NCBI GenBank assembly: GCA_934096585.1 | Contig: CAKOMG010000001.1 | Coordinates: 2,256 to 66,255, forward strand | Direction of reading: 5' to 3' | DNA: 64,000 nucleotides | From: an uncultured Bacilli bacterium | GTDB lineage: Bacteria > Bacillota_I > Bacilli_A > ML615J-28 > CAG-698 | In this document: piece after piece, positions 27,393 to 38,341 of the stretch | Layout: every line of letters starts with the position of its first letter | Numbering within the stretch: position 1 is the stretch's first letter | Program-made: the position numbers and the translations under genes | The notes under the pieces: model-generated | The model's input: the letters and a program-made list of their open reading frames with translations, nothing else | Databases searched by the model: none | Told to the model about the DNA's origin: nothing

Positions 27393-30300
27393 ATTCTTTA
27401 CTAATAATGCGATAATCATTAACAAAATTATCATGTGCTTGTACTTTTGTTATAGGATTATTATAACGGCTTTGATCAAATTTAGTTAAAGAATCATAAG
27501 GATGTGTAGTATAAATTAATGGATTGTTATTTACAAGTGATGTATAGTATACAAGGAATAAAGCATTATATATATCAGCAATTGATGCTTTAAATACTCT
27601 TGAAATTACCATACCAGCACCCAAATCATTTAATTCATTAATTTTTTCATCTGTACCTAATTCTTTTAGATTACTAACATTATTATTTAGATTCTTATAA
27701 TCTATATATTTATTCATAATATAGAATGATTCTAAGAAAGTCATCAAATCATATTCATCATTATAAACTTTTACTTTCTCTGAATCCTTATAATAATTAA
27801 AGTTAGCCATCAAAGTTGAATCAAAGAATGTTGATAAAGAACTTGATGTTAATAAAGATTTTGCAACATCCGCAAATACTTCCTCCATGATATATGATTG
27901 AAGTAATGTCTTTACATCACTTGTTATAACATCATAATGATCATCATAATTAATTATCAATGAAGCAGTCAGTAAAGTATCAATTGTGAATTCATCTATT
28001 TCAGAGAATTTAGTTCCCGATTTACCTAGTAAGATAGATACACTTGTTAAAATATTCCATAATTCTTTTTCTTTAACAACACCATCAACACTAACTTCAT
28101 ACCAATCATTTCTATTATTTTTATCAGTTAAAACAATAGAATTATTTAATAGCTTTTGATTATCTTCTGTTTCTTGAATGAAATCTTTGTCATTTGATTT
28201 TAGTGATTTGAATGCTACAATTTGTGAAACAATTGTTTCAGAAATTACAATTGAACCAAGTAAATTAGTTCTATATTCTTTCGAATCATCTAAAACAATA
28301 CTTGATATCATTGTATCAATAGAATTTGTTATATTAAAACTTGCAATTGAAGTTTTTGTTGAAGCGGATAATCCTAAAGCACTATATACAGAAACTAATA
28401 ATCGATCTAGTTCTCCTCGTGTAGTTAATATTTCACTAGAATATACATTCATCCATTTATTATAATCATCTGTAGAAACAACATTATAATAATCAGGAAT
28501 AACTAAGCCAGCACCATTCAAACTAATTACCTTATCAATTAGTGTTGCTGAAATGATGTACGATTTTAATATATTTTCTCTATTCATAACAATATCTTCA
28601 ATATAAATATTATCTAATTTTGAATTTAAACTATCAATTGTTACAATAGTGCTGTTATTTGAAACATCTAAAATTTGATCAATTGAATTTAAAAGATGAG
28701 CAAGCTCTCCATAACTAATAACATTATTATAACTTGTGTCATACTCATTCTTCCAGAATCCATAATCATTAATCCATGATTTTCTATTTGCAACTTTCTT
28801 ATCATTTGGAATAGTTAAAGTTGGTGAAAGTGTTTCAATCTTATCAATGATAGTAGCAGAAATGACTGCTGACTTCAAAATTTCATCTTGATTTACCATA
28901 ACTTTTCTTAAATCAATGCTATCGGTAGTAATATTAAATCCAGATTCAGGAATTAAATCAATGACATTCAAAGCATCTAAGATTCTAAATAATTCATTAT
29001 GATCATTAATCCATTCATTATAGTTGCCTTGATACTCTAGTGGAACTACAATACTAACTCCATTTAATTCTTGAATTTTTTTAACTATTGTAGCTGTAAA
29101 AATTTCAGATGTAAATACTTCTTCTTTATTATTAACGACTTTCATTAATGAAACATTATTAACATTAATGTTTTCAACTGAAACATTCTTTTGAACAAAT
29201 GCGTAATCCATTCCACTAATAAAGTTGCTTAATTCATTTGTTGAAATCCATTCATTGTAATCAGTTGACCAAATGTGGTTACTATTTACATTGAATTTAT
29301 CTGGAATATTTAATACTGTATTCAATGACAATACTTTATCTATCATTGTCGCTGATAATACAACAGATTTTAAAATTTCTTCTTTATTGATTATAATCTT
29401 TTCAATTGTTAAATCATCAATATTAATTTCAAATCCTGTATCTGGTATTAAATCAACTGAATCAATTGCATCTAAAACTAAATTTAATTCTTTATCAGTT
29501 CCTATCCATAATTCATATGAATCAATATACTCTTTTGGAACAATTATTCCGTTATTATTTAAATCTCTTATTTTGTCAATAATTGTATATGATAAAACAT
29601 TTGATTTGAATACTTCATTTTTATTAACAATAACATTCTTTAAAGAAATATTATTAATACCAATACTATTTACACTAATATTTTTATTAATAAGCGCATA
29701 ATTTAAGCCATTAAATATTTTGCTTAATTCACCATCATTGCCCTTCCATAATAGATAATCAGTTTCCCAAACATGTTCTTGATTAACCTTATATTCATCA
29801 GTTATTGTTAAAGTATTATCTAAATTCACAACTTTATCAACAAGTGTAGCAGTTAAAACAGCAGATTTTAATATTGAGACTTTATTATCAATAACATTGC
29901 TAATCGTAATGTCATCAATATTTATATCAAATCCATTGTTTGGAATCAACCCAATATTATCTAAAGCTTCAAGAATGGCAAATAATTCATTATCTGTACC
30001 AACCCATAAGTCATATCCATTTTGATACTCTAACGGGATAATTATTGAACTATTTTCAATCTCTTTAATTTTTTCAACTACTGTTGCTGTTAAAATAACC
30101 GATTCAAAAACTTGTTCTTTATTATCTACTATTTTTCTTAAAGAAATATTATCAATTGTTATATTATTTAAATCAATTTCATTACCACTTTCCGTAATAG
30201 ACAAAGCTATATCTAAACTAGTAATTAGTTTACTCAATTCACCACGCGTTAAAACATTATTATAATTATCATCATATGTATTTTTCCATAATGTATAATC

Positions 30301-33300
30301 AGTTTTCCATATATGTGTATCACTAACCAAGTATTCATTTGGAATTGTTAGAATATTACCATTTAAAGCAATAATTTTATCAACAAGTGTAGCAGTCAAT
30401 AAAGCAGATTTTAATATTTCATCTTTATTGTTGATTATATTCATTAATGAAATACTTTGAAGATCAACATTAAATCCTTTATCTGGTAAAGTAATAGTTT
30501 TATCTAATGCATCCAATACTAAAGATAATTCTCCTGATTTTGTTCCCTTATCTTTCCATAAACTATAATCGTTTCCTAAATATTCGGATGGTACAATAAT
30601 AGTTCCATCATTATTTAAATCTTGAATTGTTTTAATAATTGTTGCTGAAATAATATCTGATGCAAATATAACATCTTTATTTTGAATAATATTGTTCAAG
30701 CTGATATTATCAACATTTATTGATTCAATTAATACAGGTTCAGTTGATGTTGAAATACCTAAGGCAACATCCAGTGCAGTAAATATTCGATTTAACTCTC
30801 CAACTTTTCCATCTTCATCTCGCCATAATCCACTGCCATTTTCTTTATATTCATCAGGAATATTTAAAACTGAATCTTGTTTTCTAATTTGATCAACTAA
30901 TGTTTCAACAAGTATATACGATTTAAATAATATTTCTTTGTTATTTATGACATTTCTTAAATCAATAGAAACATTCTTAATATCTTGAATTTCTAAGCAA
31001 GAAATTGCATTGAAAACATTTCTAAGTTCACCACTTACTTTAATTGCTTCTACTTTAAATGTATCAGCACTACTATAAACATAACCATCAATTGTTGACA
31101 AATCAAATAAATTATTTGTTGTGGAAGCAAAATAAATGCCATTTTTATAAATAATATATTTTGAAGATGTTGCTTCATTCATAATTAATTTGTTATTATT
31201 AATTGAATATGCCACTTCTTGTCTAATGTCATTCCATGCATAATGGCTATCATCTTCATATATTCCTTTTAAAATTTCTAAGTCTTGACCTTCTTTACTT
31301 TTATCAACAAGAATGTTTTTCAAAGTTTCTCTAAATAATTTAGATTCTAAAATAATATCTAAATCACTTTCTGATAAGTTTAATATTGTTTCAACATTAA
31401 ATGTGCCTTCATCCATTGTTGATGCAAGTGTTTTAAATGATTTAAATACAGCATAAATTTCATTATTTGTCCATTCTTCTTTATTCAATGTAGAAATTTT
31501 AAATTCTAAATCTTTAGAAAAATAATCAAGAATTGGACTTAAGTTCTTTGTCATGAATTTTGAACTAGAAATATAATTAGATAAATTAACTATTGTTTCA
31601 TCATTTATATTTTTAATTTCTTCAAATGGTTTTTCACTTCCAATTAAATTTGTTGAAGCAAAAATACTCAAACTATGTAATAGTCCTTTTAATTCACTCT
31701 CATTCCACTCTTCACCTTTCTCTTTATCTAATCCTTCAAATGTAATATCACCAAGTTCTACTTGTTTCATTAAATAATTTATTACATTATTTAAATTTTT
31801 TGTAAAGAATCTTGAACTTGATAAATTAATTGCTAATGAATCTATTTGTTCGTCTGTTAAATCTTTTACAGCATCAATTGGATTTTTAGAATCAATTATG
31901 CCAGAATCAATTATAGTTTTAAAAGCATGTAACAAACTCTTTAATTCTGTTTCATCCCAATTCTCACCTTTTTCTTTATCCAAAGTCTCAAGAGTCAAAC
32001 CTTCCACATTAATTTGTTCAATTGCAAAATTAACAATTGGATTTAAATTTTTTGCGAAAAATTTAGAATTAGAAAGTGAAGTAGCTAAATTATCAATTTT
32101 TTCATCATCTAATGATTTAATAGCAAACATTGGATCTTCTGCTCCAATAATTCCTGTATTAATAATTATTTTTGCAGCTCTAAATAATGAAACAATTTCA
32201 TTTTCATCCCAGTGTTCATTTTTATTTGAATCTAATCCTTCTAATTTTAAATTTTCAATGTTTCCATTATCAACTAATATATTAATTAAATCATTCATAT
32301 GATTGCATAGTAACTTACTTTTTGATAAATATCTACCTATTTCTACAAACTCTTCATCATCCATTTCACATATAGTTGTCAATGGATCCTTTGAATTTAT
32401 AATATTTGTTTTTAATAATGTTGCTGCTGCAGTAAGTACAGGCGAAAGTTCTTCTCTCCAATTAGTACTTTTTAGCTCTTCTGCGCTTATTAAATCCTTA
32501 TAATTATCAGGAATAAAATTAACATATAACGTTGAAGCAACAACAGGAATCGACTTATCAACAATATAAAATTTAAATAGTGTTTGTACAAATGCATCCA
32601 CCTTATCTTGATTTATTTCACTAAAATCAATATTGTTTGTATCAATTTTTAAACCTAAATTTACTATTGATTTATATAATTCAGGGATTAATAATAATTC
32701 GTGTGTAAAGAAATTTTCCTTATTTATAACTTTATCAATATTAAGATCTTCAATAGTAAATCCAGCAGTTGCAAGAGCATTTTTAATATAACCAGTTGAA
32801 AGAATATATGAAACTGCAACAGGCGCAACCAAATCAAGCAACTCCATTTCACCTAACTTTTGAAAAATAGTTTCAACTTTATTAACATCTAAATTTAAAT
32901 AATCAATACTTACAACATCAGATAATCCATCACCTAATAATTCAACAACATCAACTAAAGCATATCCTAAACTTTGAATATCTTTATTATAATCAATATC
33001 ATTAAACTTATTAATGTTGTCCAGCAACACTTGATGAATTTGTGCATATTGATCACCTAAAACATCAGCTAAAATATCAGTATATGTTACTATTTCTAAA
33101 CCAATTGGCACTAACACTTTGATAGTATCTAATGATGAAACGACATCAACAAGTTCTTTCAAGGAATCAGTGTTTAGATTTGCTAAATCGCTAATTGTAA
33201 ATCCTTCTGTAAGAATTTGTTTAGCTGCGTCATTTTGTAATAACTTTGCAAGAATATTGATTTCCTTACGAATCTTAATGGTTCCATTTTTTCCATTAAT

Positions 33301-34152
33301 TTTAAATAGAGAATCAAATAAAGCTTCATCTATAGTTACTTTATCTTTTCCAAATTTTAGAACTCCAAAAATTCTACCAGGAATTGTTGTACGATATCCT
33401 TCAAGAACATCAATAACATCTCCATATTCTTCTAAATAACTGTCTAAAGTATTATTTTTTGTACCACTTGATAAATCCATAAAAACTAAATCATCATCTG
33501 TACATATTACTCCAACATTGACATTTTCACTATCAATTTCTTTTATTGAACTGGCAATTGATGATAATCCCGCAAATATGAAGCCTAATAGTAAAGTACA
33601 AAGTAGTCCTCGAAATGCGCCTATTCCTAATCCTCCTAAGCGTGACCCCATTGACTTCTTTGGTGCTCTCTTTTTCCCATTAACCATAACTTTTTTAGGT
33701 TTTAAAAATGACCAAACGATTGCATCAATGATTTGTGATAAAATTAATGAAACAATTAACCATACAATCCAAAATGCCATTTTAAAAATAGTCATAACAA
33801 CACCATAAATAAAGGCATTAGCATTTGTTCCTTCTACTAACATTTCTTTTGTAAAATATTCTGGAAATTGTGTAACTAACCATTCTTGGACAAAACTATT
33901 TAAAGTGGTTAGTTGTTTATCATTAATAATAAAATTATATTTTGAAAAATCAAAATTTAAAATAGCTTTAACTTGTAAATTAATAGTTAATAAGGCTATT
34001 AGAAATAATATAACCCAAACTATCAAATGTACTAATGATTTCCTAGTTCCCCTAATAAACCCTATTAAAGCTCCTAAAAAAATCATAACCCCAAATAAAA
34101 GATTTAGATACAGCAAGATATCCGTTGCTGGTATTGGTAAAATATTTAACAT
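27376..34152 (-). CDS. Giant (2258 aa) membrane-anchored repetitive surface protein, function unknown
   Basis: N-terminal region of about 200 aa with several TM helices. Then 4 copies of a roughly 70-aa repeat (EGLDKEKGEEW..EL..LLH....G(I/L)IGSE.P...IK.L.DE.I..L...LS.S.F..KNL). Then at least 12 copies of a roughly 90-aa repeat in two alternating subtypes (NISL..II.NKDEILKSA.LTAT(L/I)VDKI..LN..LTIP.EY...W.TDY.LW...EL). GGGAGGG RBS. Confidence 0.8.
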   Translation of the reverse strand: MLNILPIPATDILLYLNLLFGVMIFLGALIGFIRGTRKSLVHLIVWVILFLIALLTINLQVKAILNFDFSKYNFIINDKQLTTLNSFVQEWLVTQFPEYFTKEMLVEGTNANAFIYGVVMTIFKMAFWIVWLIVSLILSQIIDAIVWSFLKPKKVMVNGKKRAPKKSMGSRLGGLGIGAFRGLLCTLLLGFIFAGLSSIASSIKEIDSENVNVGVICTDDDLVFMDLSSGTKNNTLDSYLEEYGDVIDVLEGYRTTIPGRIFGVLKFGKDKVTIDEALFDSLFKINGKNGTIKIRKEINILAKLLQNDAAKQILTEGFTISDLANLNTDSLKELVDVVSSLDTIKVLVPIGLEIVTYTDILADVLGDQYAQIHQVLLDNINKFNDIDYNKDIQSLGYALVDVVELLGDGLSDVVSIDYLNLDVNKVETIFQKLGEMELLDLVAPVAVSYILSTGYIKNALATAGFTIEDLNIDKVINKENFFTHELLLIPELYKSIVNLGLKIDTNNIDFSEINQDKVDAFVQTLFKFYIVDKSIPVVASTLYVNFIPDNYKDLISAEELKSTNWREELSPVLTAAATLLKTNIINSKDPLTTICEMDDEEFVEIGRYLSKSKLLCNHMNDLINILVDNGNIENLKLEGLDSNKNEHWDENEIVSLFRAAKIIINTGIIGAEDPMFAIKSLDDEKIDNLATSLSNSKFFAKNLNPIVNFAIEQINVEGLTLETLDKEKGENWDETELKSLLHAFKTIIDSGIIDSKNPIDAVKDLTDEQIDSLAINLSSSRFFTKNLNNVINYLMKQVELGDITFEGLDKEKGEEWNESELKGLLHSLSIFASTNLIGSEKPFEEIKNINDETIVNLSNYISSSKFMTKNLSPILDYFSKDLEFKISTLNKEEWTNNEIYAVFKSFKTLASTMDEGTFNVETILNLSESDLDIILESKLFRETLKNILVDKSKEGQDLEILKGIYEDDSHYAWNDIRQEVAYSINNNKLIMNEATSSKYIIYKNGIYFASTTNNLFDLSTIDGYVYSSADTFKVEAIKVSGELRNVFNAISCLEIQDIKNVSIDLRNVINNKEILFKSYILVETLVDQIRKQDSVLNIPDEYKENGSGLWRDEDGKVGELNRIFTALDVALGISTSTEPVLIESINVDNISLNNIIQNKDVIFASDIISATIIKTIQDLNNDGTIIVPSEYLGNDYSLWKDKGTKSGELSLVLDALDKTITLPDKGFNVDLQSISLMNIINNKDEILKSALLTATLVDKIIALNGNILTIPNEYLVSDTHIWKTDYTLWKNTYDDNYNNVLTRGELSKLITSLDIALSITESGNEIDLNNITIDNISLRKIVDNKEQVFESVILTATVVEKIKEIENSSIIIPLEYQNGYDLWVGTDNELFAILEALDNIGLIPNNGFDINIDDITISNVIDNKVSILKSAVLTATLVDKVVNLDNTLTITDEYKVNQEHVWETDYLLWKGNDGELSKIFNGLNYALINKNISVNSIGINNISLKNVIVNKNEVFKSNVLSYTIIDKIRDLNNNGIIVPKEYIDSYELWIGTDKELNLVLDAIDSVDLIPDTGFEINIDDLTIEKIIINKEEILKSVVLSATMIDKVLSLNTVLNIPDKFNVNSNHIWSTDYNEWISTNELSNFISGMDYAFVQKNVSVENINVNNVSLMKVVNNKEEVFTSEIFTATIVKKIQELNGVSIVVPLEYQGNYNEWINDHNELFRILDALNVIDLIPESGFNITTDSIDLRKVMVNQDEILKSAVISATIIDKIETLSPTLTIPNDKKVANRKSWINDYGFWKNEYDTSYNNVISYGELAHLLNSIDQILDVSNNSTIVTIDSLNSKLDNIYIEDIVMNRENILKSYIISATLIDKVISLNGAGLVIPDYYNVVSTDDYNKWMNVYSSEILTTRGELDRLLVSVYSALGLSASTKTSIASFNITNSIDTMISSIVLDDSKEYRTNLLGSIVISETIVSQIVAFKSLKSNDKDFIQETEDNQKLLNNSIVLTDKNNRNDWYEVSVDGVVKEKELWNILTSVSILLGKSGTKFSEIDEFTIDTLLTASLIINYDDHYDVITSDVKTLLQSYIMEEVFADVAKSLLTSSSLSTFFDSTLMANFNYYKDSEKVKVYNDEYDLMTFLESFYIMNKYIDYKNLNNNVSNLKELGTDEKINELNDLGAGMVISRVFKASIADIYNALFLVYYTSLVNNNPLIYTTHPYDSLTKFDQSRYNNPITKVQAHDNFVNDYRIISKEYETIV

Positions 34153-34449
34153 TAGGTTCCCTCCCTATAATTAAAATTTTTAGTAAATTTATCAATTTAA
34201 CTATAATTATTATACCATACTATTCCATAAATTAAAACAAGAATTATATTTTTTTTAACTGTCTTATTTATTTCATCAAATTTCGACATTTTATTACATT
34301 ATATTTGCTTTATTGCTAAAATGATTTCTTTTTTTAAAAAATTATCATTCTTTTTTAAAAGTTTTTTAAAAAACTTTACAAAATTACTTGCTTTTATTAA
34401 AATTTTATTGTAAATTATTTGTATGTGAGTGTGTGATTTAATAATAAAT

Positions 34450-35259
34450 ATGGACCAAGTCAAGTTACTTTTAGCAGATGGTAGTAAGGAGCATACTCAA
34501 AGCCTAAACAATTTCTTTCAAAATCAATCGGGCTTTGAAGTCTTATCAACTTGTTTTGATGGATTGCAACTTCTAACTACTTTAAGAGATACTCAAGTAG
34601 ATGTTTTAATCTTGGATATCTTTATGCCTAAATGTGATGGATTAAAGGTCTTGGAAGAACTAAGACAAAATAGTTCTTTATATAAAGTTCCTAATAGGAT
34701 AATTGTTTTAACCGCTTTTTCAAACATTAGAATAATGCAAAAGTGTTCTGAATATAATGTAGATTACTTTATGATTAAGCCTATTGATTTTAATAATCTT
34801 TTAGAAGTTATTTACGAATTACGTTCTCATAAACCAAAAATTCAAACTGAAAATATTCAATTTAAAAAAGAGCAAATCGATCTAGACACAGAAATAACAA
34901 ATATTTTGCATGATATTGGTGTTCCAGCTCATATTAGAGGTTATCAATACATTAGAGAAGCAATTAAAATGGTTTATGATGATATGGAAGTTTTAAATGC
35001 TATAACAAGAGGACTATACCCAAATTTAGCTTTAAAATTCAAAACAACTCCTTCAAGAGTTGAAAGAGCTATTAGACATGCTATTGAAGTTTCTTGGGTA
35101 AGAGGCAATATTGAAACAATTACAAAAATATTCAGTTATACAATCAGTTACAATAAATCCAAACCAACTAATTCAGAATTTATAGCAATGATTGCTGATA
35201 GACTTAGATTGGCACATAAAAAGAATTATAATGGTCATAAAGAAGCATTACATGCTTAA
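34450..35259 (+). CDS. spo0A: Stage 0 sporulation protein A homologue (receiver + Spo0A_C DNA-binding domain)
   Basis: C-terminal domain [15 protein letters not shown]...[43 protein letters not shown]...[15 protein letters not shown] is the Spo0A signature. Receiver domain LLADGSKE...LILDIFMP...VLTAF...MIKP. ATG 34450 preferred over GTG 34429. Confidence 0.85.
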   Translation: MDQVKLLLADGSKEHTQSLNNFFQNQSGFEVLSTCFDGLQLLTTLRDTQVDVLILDIFMPKCDGLKVLEELRQNSSLYKVPNRIIVLTAFSNIRIMQKCSEYNVDYFMIKPIDFNNLLEVIYELRSHKPKIQTENIQFKKEQIDLDTEITNILHDIGVPAHIRGYQYIREAIKMVYDDMEVLNAITRGLYPNLALKFKTTPSRVERAIRHAIEVSWVRGNIETITKIFSYTISYNKSKPTNSEFIAMIADRLRLAHKKNYNGHKEALHA

Positions 35260-35281
35260 TAAATTTTTCCTATTATAATTA

Positions 35282-35321
35282 AAAGATATCACTTTAATTT
35301 AGTGATATCTTTTTATTTTTT
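35282..35321. terminator. Bidirectional rho-independent terminator
   Basis: AAGATATCACTttaatttAGTGATATCTT + TTTTATTTTTT. Confidence 0.6.
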
Positions 35322-37593
35322 ATAATAAATCCGCTAATATCCAAAGGAATTTACCAGTCGTATGTCCCCATATTTCTTTGAAAACAGCATTGTTATAAGT
35401 AGGCCAATAGGGGATATCCATATCTTCTTTTGTCATTATTCCAACCGGTAAAGCTCCTACAATTTGTCTTGAGAACGCTACATATAAAGGATGATAATTA
35501 TATCCTTCACCATACATTGTACTAGAAGCAAATGGGTTTTTACCAAAAATCCATTCTAATTGATTAATTACAATTTGTTTCAATTTTTCATTATTAGTTA
35601 ATTTTGCAATGCAAGAAATAGCTTTTGTTTTGCTTAATAACGTTGCATGAAATCCCCTTCTTTGCACAGCAATTGGAAAAATACGTAAATAAATACCATC
35701 AGTAATCTTAAGTCCATTATGCATTTGTCTATATAAATCATTAATTCCTTCTTCTTCTGTGCACATGTATGCTGGTATTGTAAATCTCTCTTTATTTAAT
35801 TTTCCATCTATATAAATATGGGCTGGAATTAAATTATATGGTTTAGTTTCTTGAATAGTCAACAAAACATATTCTGAATATAAATCAATAGCTTTTTTAA
35901 TATCTTCATTTGGTTCTATTTCATACAACTTGCATAACCCTTGGATTGGCGATTGCTCATGGCCTCGATGTTCATAAGTTAAAACATATTTATGAGCTGG
36001 ATCTTCATAGAAAAATCCCCTAACAGCATTATTAGATAGATATGTTTGTTCTTGACATGCCATTACAATTTTGGAATAATCTCTTGCCACATTTAAAAAA
36101 TCTTCATTATTTGTGGATAGATAAATTTCACATGCCGCTAAGATTCCATGTCCACATACTTGAGAATCAATATTAGTTCCCCATCTTTTAGTATGTACTC
36201 CTTCTTTATACCATTTTTTTGCATTATTAAAATCATCAATTGCAACTCGCAAACACCATTCTGAAAATATTTGATCATCACTATAACATCTACTTGCACA
36301 AGCTAATGCAGCGGAACTACAAAAAAATTCAAACGGTCCTTTTTCAGATTTATTAATGTAAAACTCTTTATTTTGATTTTTAAGTTCATTATCACGCCAA
36401 ATTTTATAACTAACAGCTAAAGCCCTACTTCCATCTTTAAATTTAGTTTGAAGTAACCATTTAATTCCTACTTTAGCTTCTTCTAAAAAGCGACGTTTAA
36501 GCTTAATATCATCTGTTTTTAAAGCAAGATCTAAAATACTATGTGCCATTTCTGCAGTACATATTTCGAATTGCGATAAATCTCCAGCATCATGCCATCC
36601 GCCAAAATTCGGAACTTCATTATTATTTTCATCCATAGTCATGGAATGCAAATGACAGGCACTATGAACTCCACTAATTTCTTCACCACATCTTAAAAAA
36701 CGCAAGAAATTCATACTTTTAATCTCACTCATCAAGTATGGGTTTTCATTTATTACAAATGTTTCAGTAATTCTATTATCTATTTTAATTTTGTAACTAC
36801 CGATAGAGTTAAAATTTGTAAAGTCTAGTATGTAATAACCTCCTAATTTGCAAGCCTCATATTTGACATCATTAAAATATACAATATTATTTTCCTCATT
36901 TAGTATATAAAATTTTGTATTATTAGCAACCTGCGTAACTGCTATTTTTTCAGTATTGATGAAATACCCAACATGAGAATATGCTATTCTTTCACCTAAA
37001 TCCCATCCTAATATATAATCAGGATTAACTTTTTCCATAACTATTTTACCTATATATATTTCTATATCTGGCAAAGCTTCAGGTGGACATCCCATTAAAA
37101 ATGGTGTAATTGTAATATGTTTTACTCTTGATAATACTTCATCTATTTCCCAAATAATATGGTTCCATTGATTGGGAATAATACTTGCAGTATGAACAAT
37201 TTTGCCAATTGAAAAATGAAAATAAAAATTTTGGTAACCCGTTGCTTTTATATAAATAAAAATACTACATCTATTAAATTCTGATAAATCTTGTTCATCT
37301 ATATCAATTGTAATACCACAATTTGGCCTAACTGCCATTCCTTCAACATTTGTATTTTCTTTTAATAATAAACTGTAATCAGTATCATAAGTAAATTTTT
37401 TTGATAATTCTAATGTACCTGCTAAAGGTTTAGTCACACGATTAAAGTTATCAAACATAGGTTCATAAATTACTTCACTTTTAAGAACATTTTTGTTTAA
37501 CCATCTACTATAGCTACAATTTTCTTGATCATTAATGATTTCTTCATGTACATAATCTGTATTTTCTAATAACTGTTTAATTTTATCGTTCAT
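35320..37593 (-). CDS. Cytoplasmic glycoside hydrolase family 9-like protein
   Basis: About 757 aa with no signal peptide. GGWHDAGDLSQFE resembles the GH9 GGWYDAGDHxKF motif. A large N-terminal extension precedes the (alpha/alpha)6-like domain. GGAG RBS before the ATG at 37593. Confidence 0.45.
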   Translation of the reverse strand: MNDKIKQLLENTDYVHEEIINDQENCSYSRWLNKNVLKSEVIYEPMFDNFNRVTKPLAGTLELSKKFTYDTDYSLLLKENTNVEGMAVRPNCGITIDIDEQDLSEFNRCSIFIYIKATGYQNFYFHFSIGKIVHTASIIPNQWNHIIWEIDEVLSRVKHITITPFLMGCPPEALPDIEIYIGKIVMEKVNPDYILGWDLGERIAYSHVGYFINTEKIAVTQVANNTKFYILNEENNIVYFNDVKYEACKLGGYYILDFTNFNSIGSYKIKIDNRITETFVINENPYLMSEIKSMNFLRFLRCGEEISGVHSACHLHSMTMDENNNEVPNFGGWHDAGDLSQFEICTAEMAHSILDLALKTDDIKLKRRFLEEAKVGIKWLLQTKFKDGSRALAVSYKIWRDNELKNQNKEFYINKSEKGPFEFFCSSAALACASRCYSDDQIFSEWCLRVAIDDFNNAKKWYKEGVHTKRWGTNIDSQVCGHGILAACEIYLSTNNEDFLNVARDYSKIVMACQEQTYLSNNAVRGFFYEDPAHKYVLTYEHRGHEQSPIQGLCKLYEIEPNEDIKKAIDLYSEYVLLTIQETKPYNLIPAHIYIDGKLNKERFTIPAYMCTEEEGINDLYRQMHNGLKITDGIYLRIFPIAVQRRGFHATLLSKTKAISCIAKLTNNEKLKQIVINQLEWIFGKNPFASSTMYGEGYNYHPLYVAFSRQIVGALPVGIMTKEDMDIPYWPTYNNAVFKEIWGHTTGKFLWILADLL

Positions 37594-37627
37594 TTTCTTC
37601 TCCATATAACCATATTATACAATAATT

Positions 37628-37680
37628 ATTAAAAAAAATAAATAAAAAGTGTCAATAGTTTTTACATTATTTGACACTTT
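37628..37680 (-). terminator. Terminator after the plsC-DUF3592 operon
   Basis: Minus strand stem AAAGTGTCAA/TTGACACTTT then TTTATTTATTTTTTTT. Confidence 0.5.
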
Positions 37681-38341
37681 CTTCATATAAATTTGTATTT
37701 TCGCGATAACTATCTGTATCTATAAAATATTTTTTTTCATTTTTAAAATATACATCAACAATTCCATTAGGTTTACTTTCAATAAATTCATAAATATTTT
37801 GGCTCTTTAAATCCAATTCCTTATTATTGTATCTTGCGTGACAAAACAATCTAAATGGATGAACACCATTAACTGAAATATTGTTATTCAACTTAACTTC
37901 AGTAACAATGGCAATAACCTTATCCATTGTATCTTTATTCTTTCTAAAATATAAGACCTTAAGAGATGGGATAAGAAGAATAACTCCAATCGAAGCAAAT
38001 ATAACTCCTAGGCTTCCAAATATAGATGGAAATAGAATCATTATCATTCTAGGCATAATTTTATTTGTTTTTGTATGACAATATAATGTAATATTATCAC
38101 CTATATCTAAAGAACTAGAATAAAAATTTAATTTTGTCTTTTTATATTCTCCATTTAGTTCAAATTCAATAATAGTATAACTATAATCTTCACTACTATA
38201 AGAATCAATAACAGTTCCAACAATTTTATTACTATTTTTTTTAAAACTATAAAAGTAACCTAAAGCGATAATTGTTCCAATAACAAATGTAATTCCAAAA
38301 ATTAAAATAAAAATTGTTGAAAACCTATAAGTTTTATTCAT
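37667..38341 (-). CDS. Membrane protein with duplicated DUF3592-like modules
   Basis: 224 aa. Two repeats of a TM helix plus beta-rich module (TM1 IFILIFGITFVIGTIIALG; TM2 GVIFASIGVILLIP). Overlaps the plsC stop by 8 nt. Confidence 0.4.
   Translation of the reverse strand: MNKTYRFSTIFILIFGITFVIGTIIALGYFYSFKKNSNKIVGTVIDSYSSEDYSYTIIEFELNGEYKKTKLNFYSSSLDIGDNITLYCHTKTNKIMPRMIMILFPSIFGSLGVIFASIGVILLIPSLKVLYFRKNKDTMDKVIAIVTEVKLNNNISVNGVHPFRLFCHARYNNKELDLKSQNIYEFIESKPNGIVDVYFKNEKKYFIDTDSYRENTNLYEESVK

Noticed and set aside
28178-33808. Numerous 66-142 aa plus-strand ORFs inside the giant gene
   Set aside because: They are antisense to a continuous 6.8-kb ORF with strong internal protein repeats, and no independent signals.
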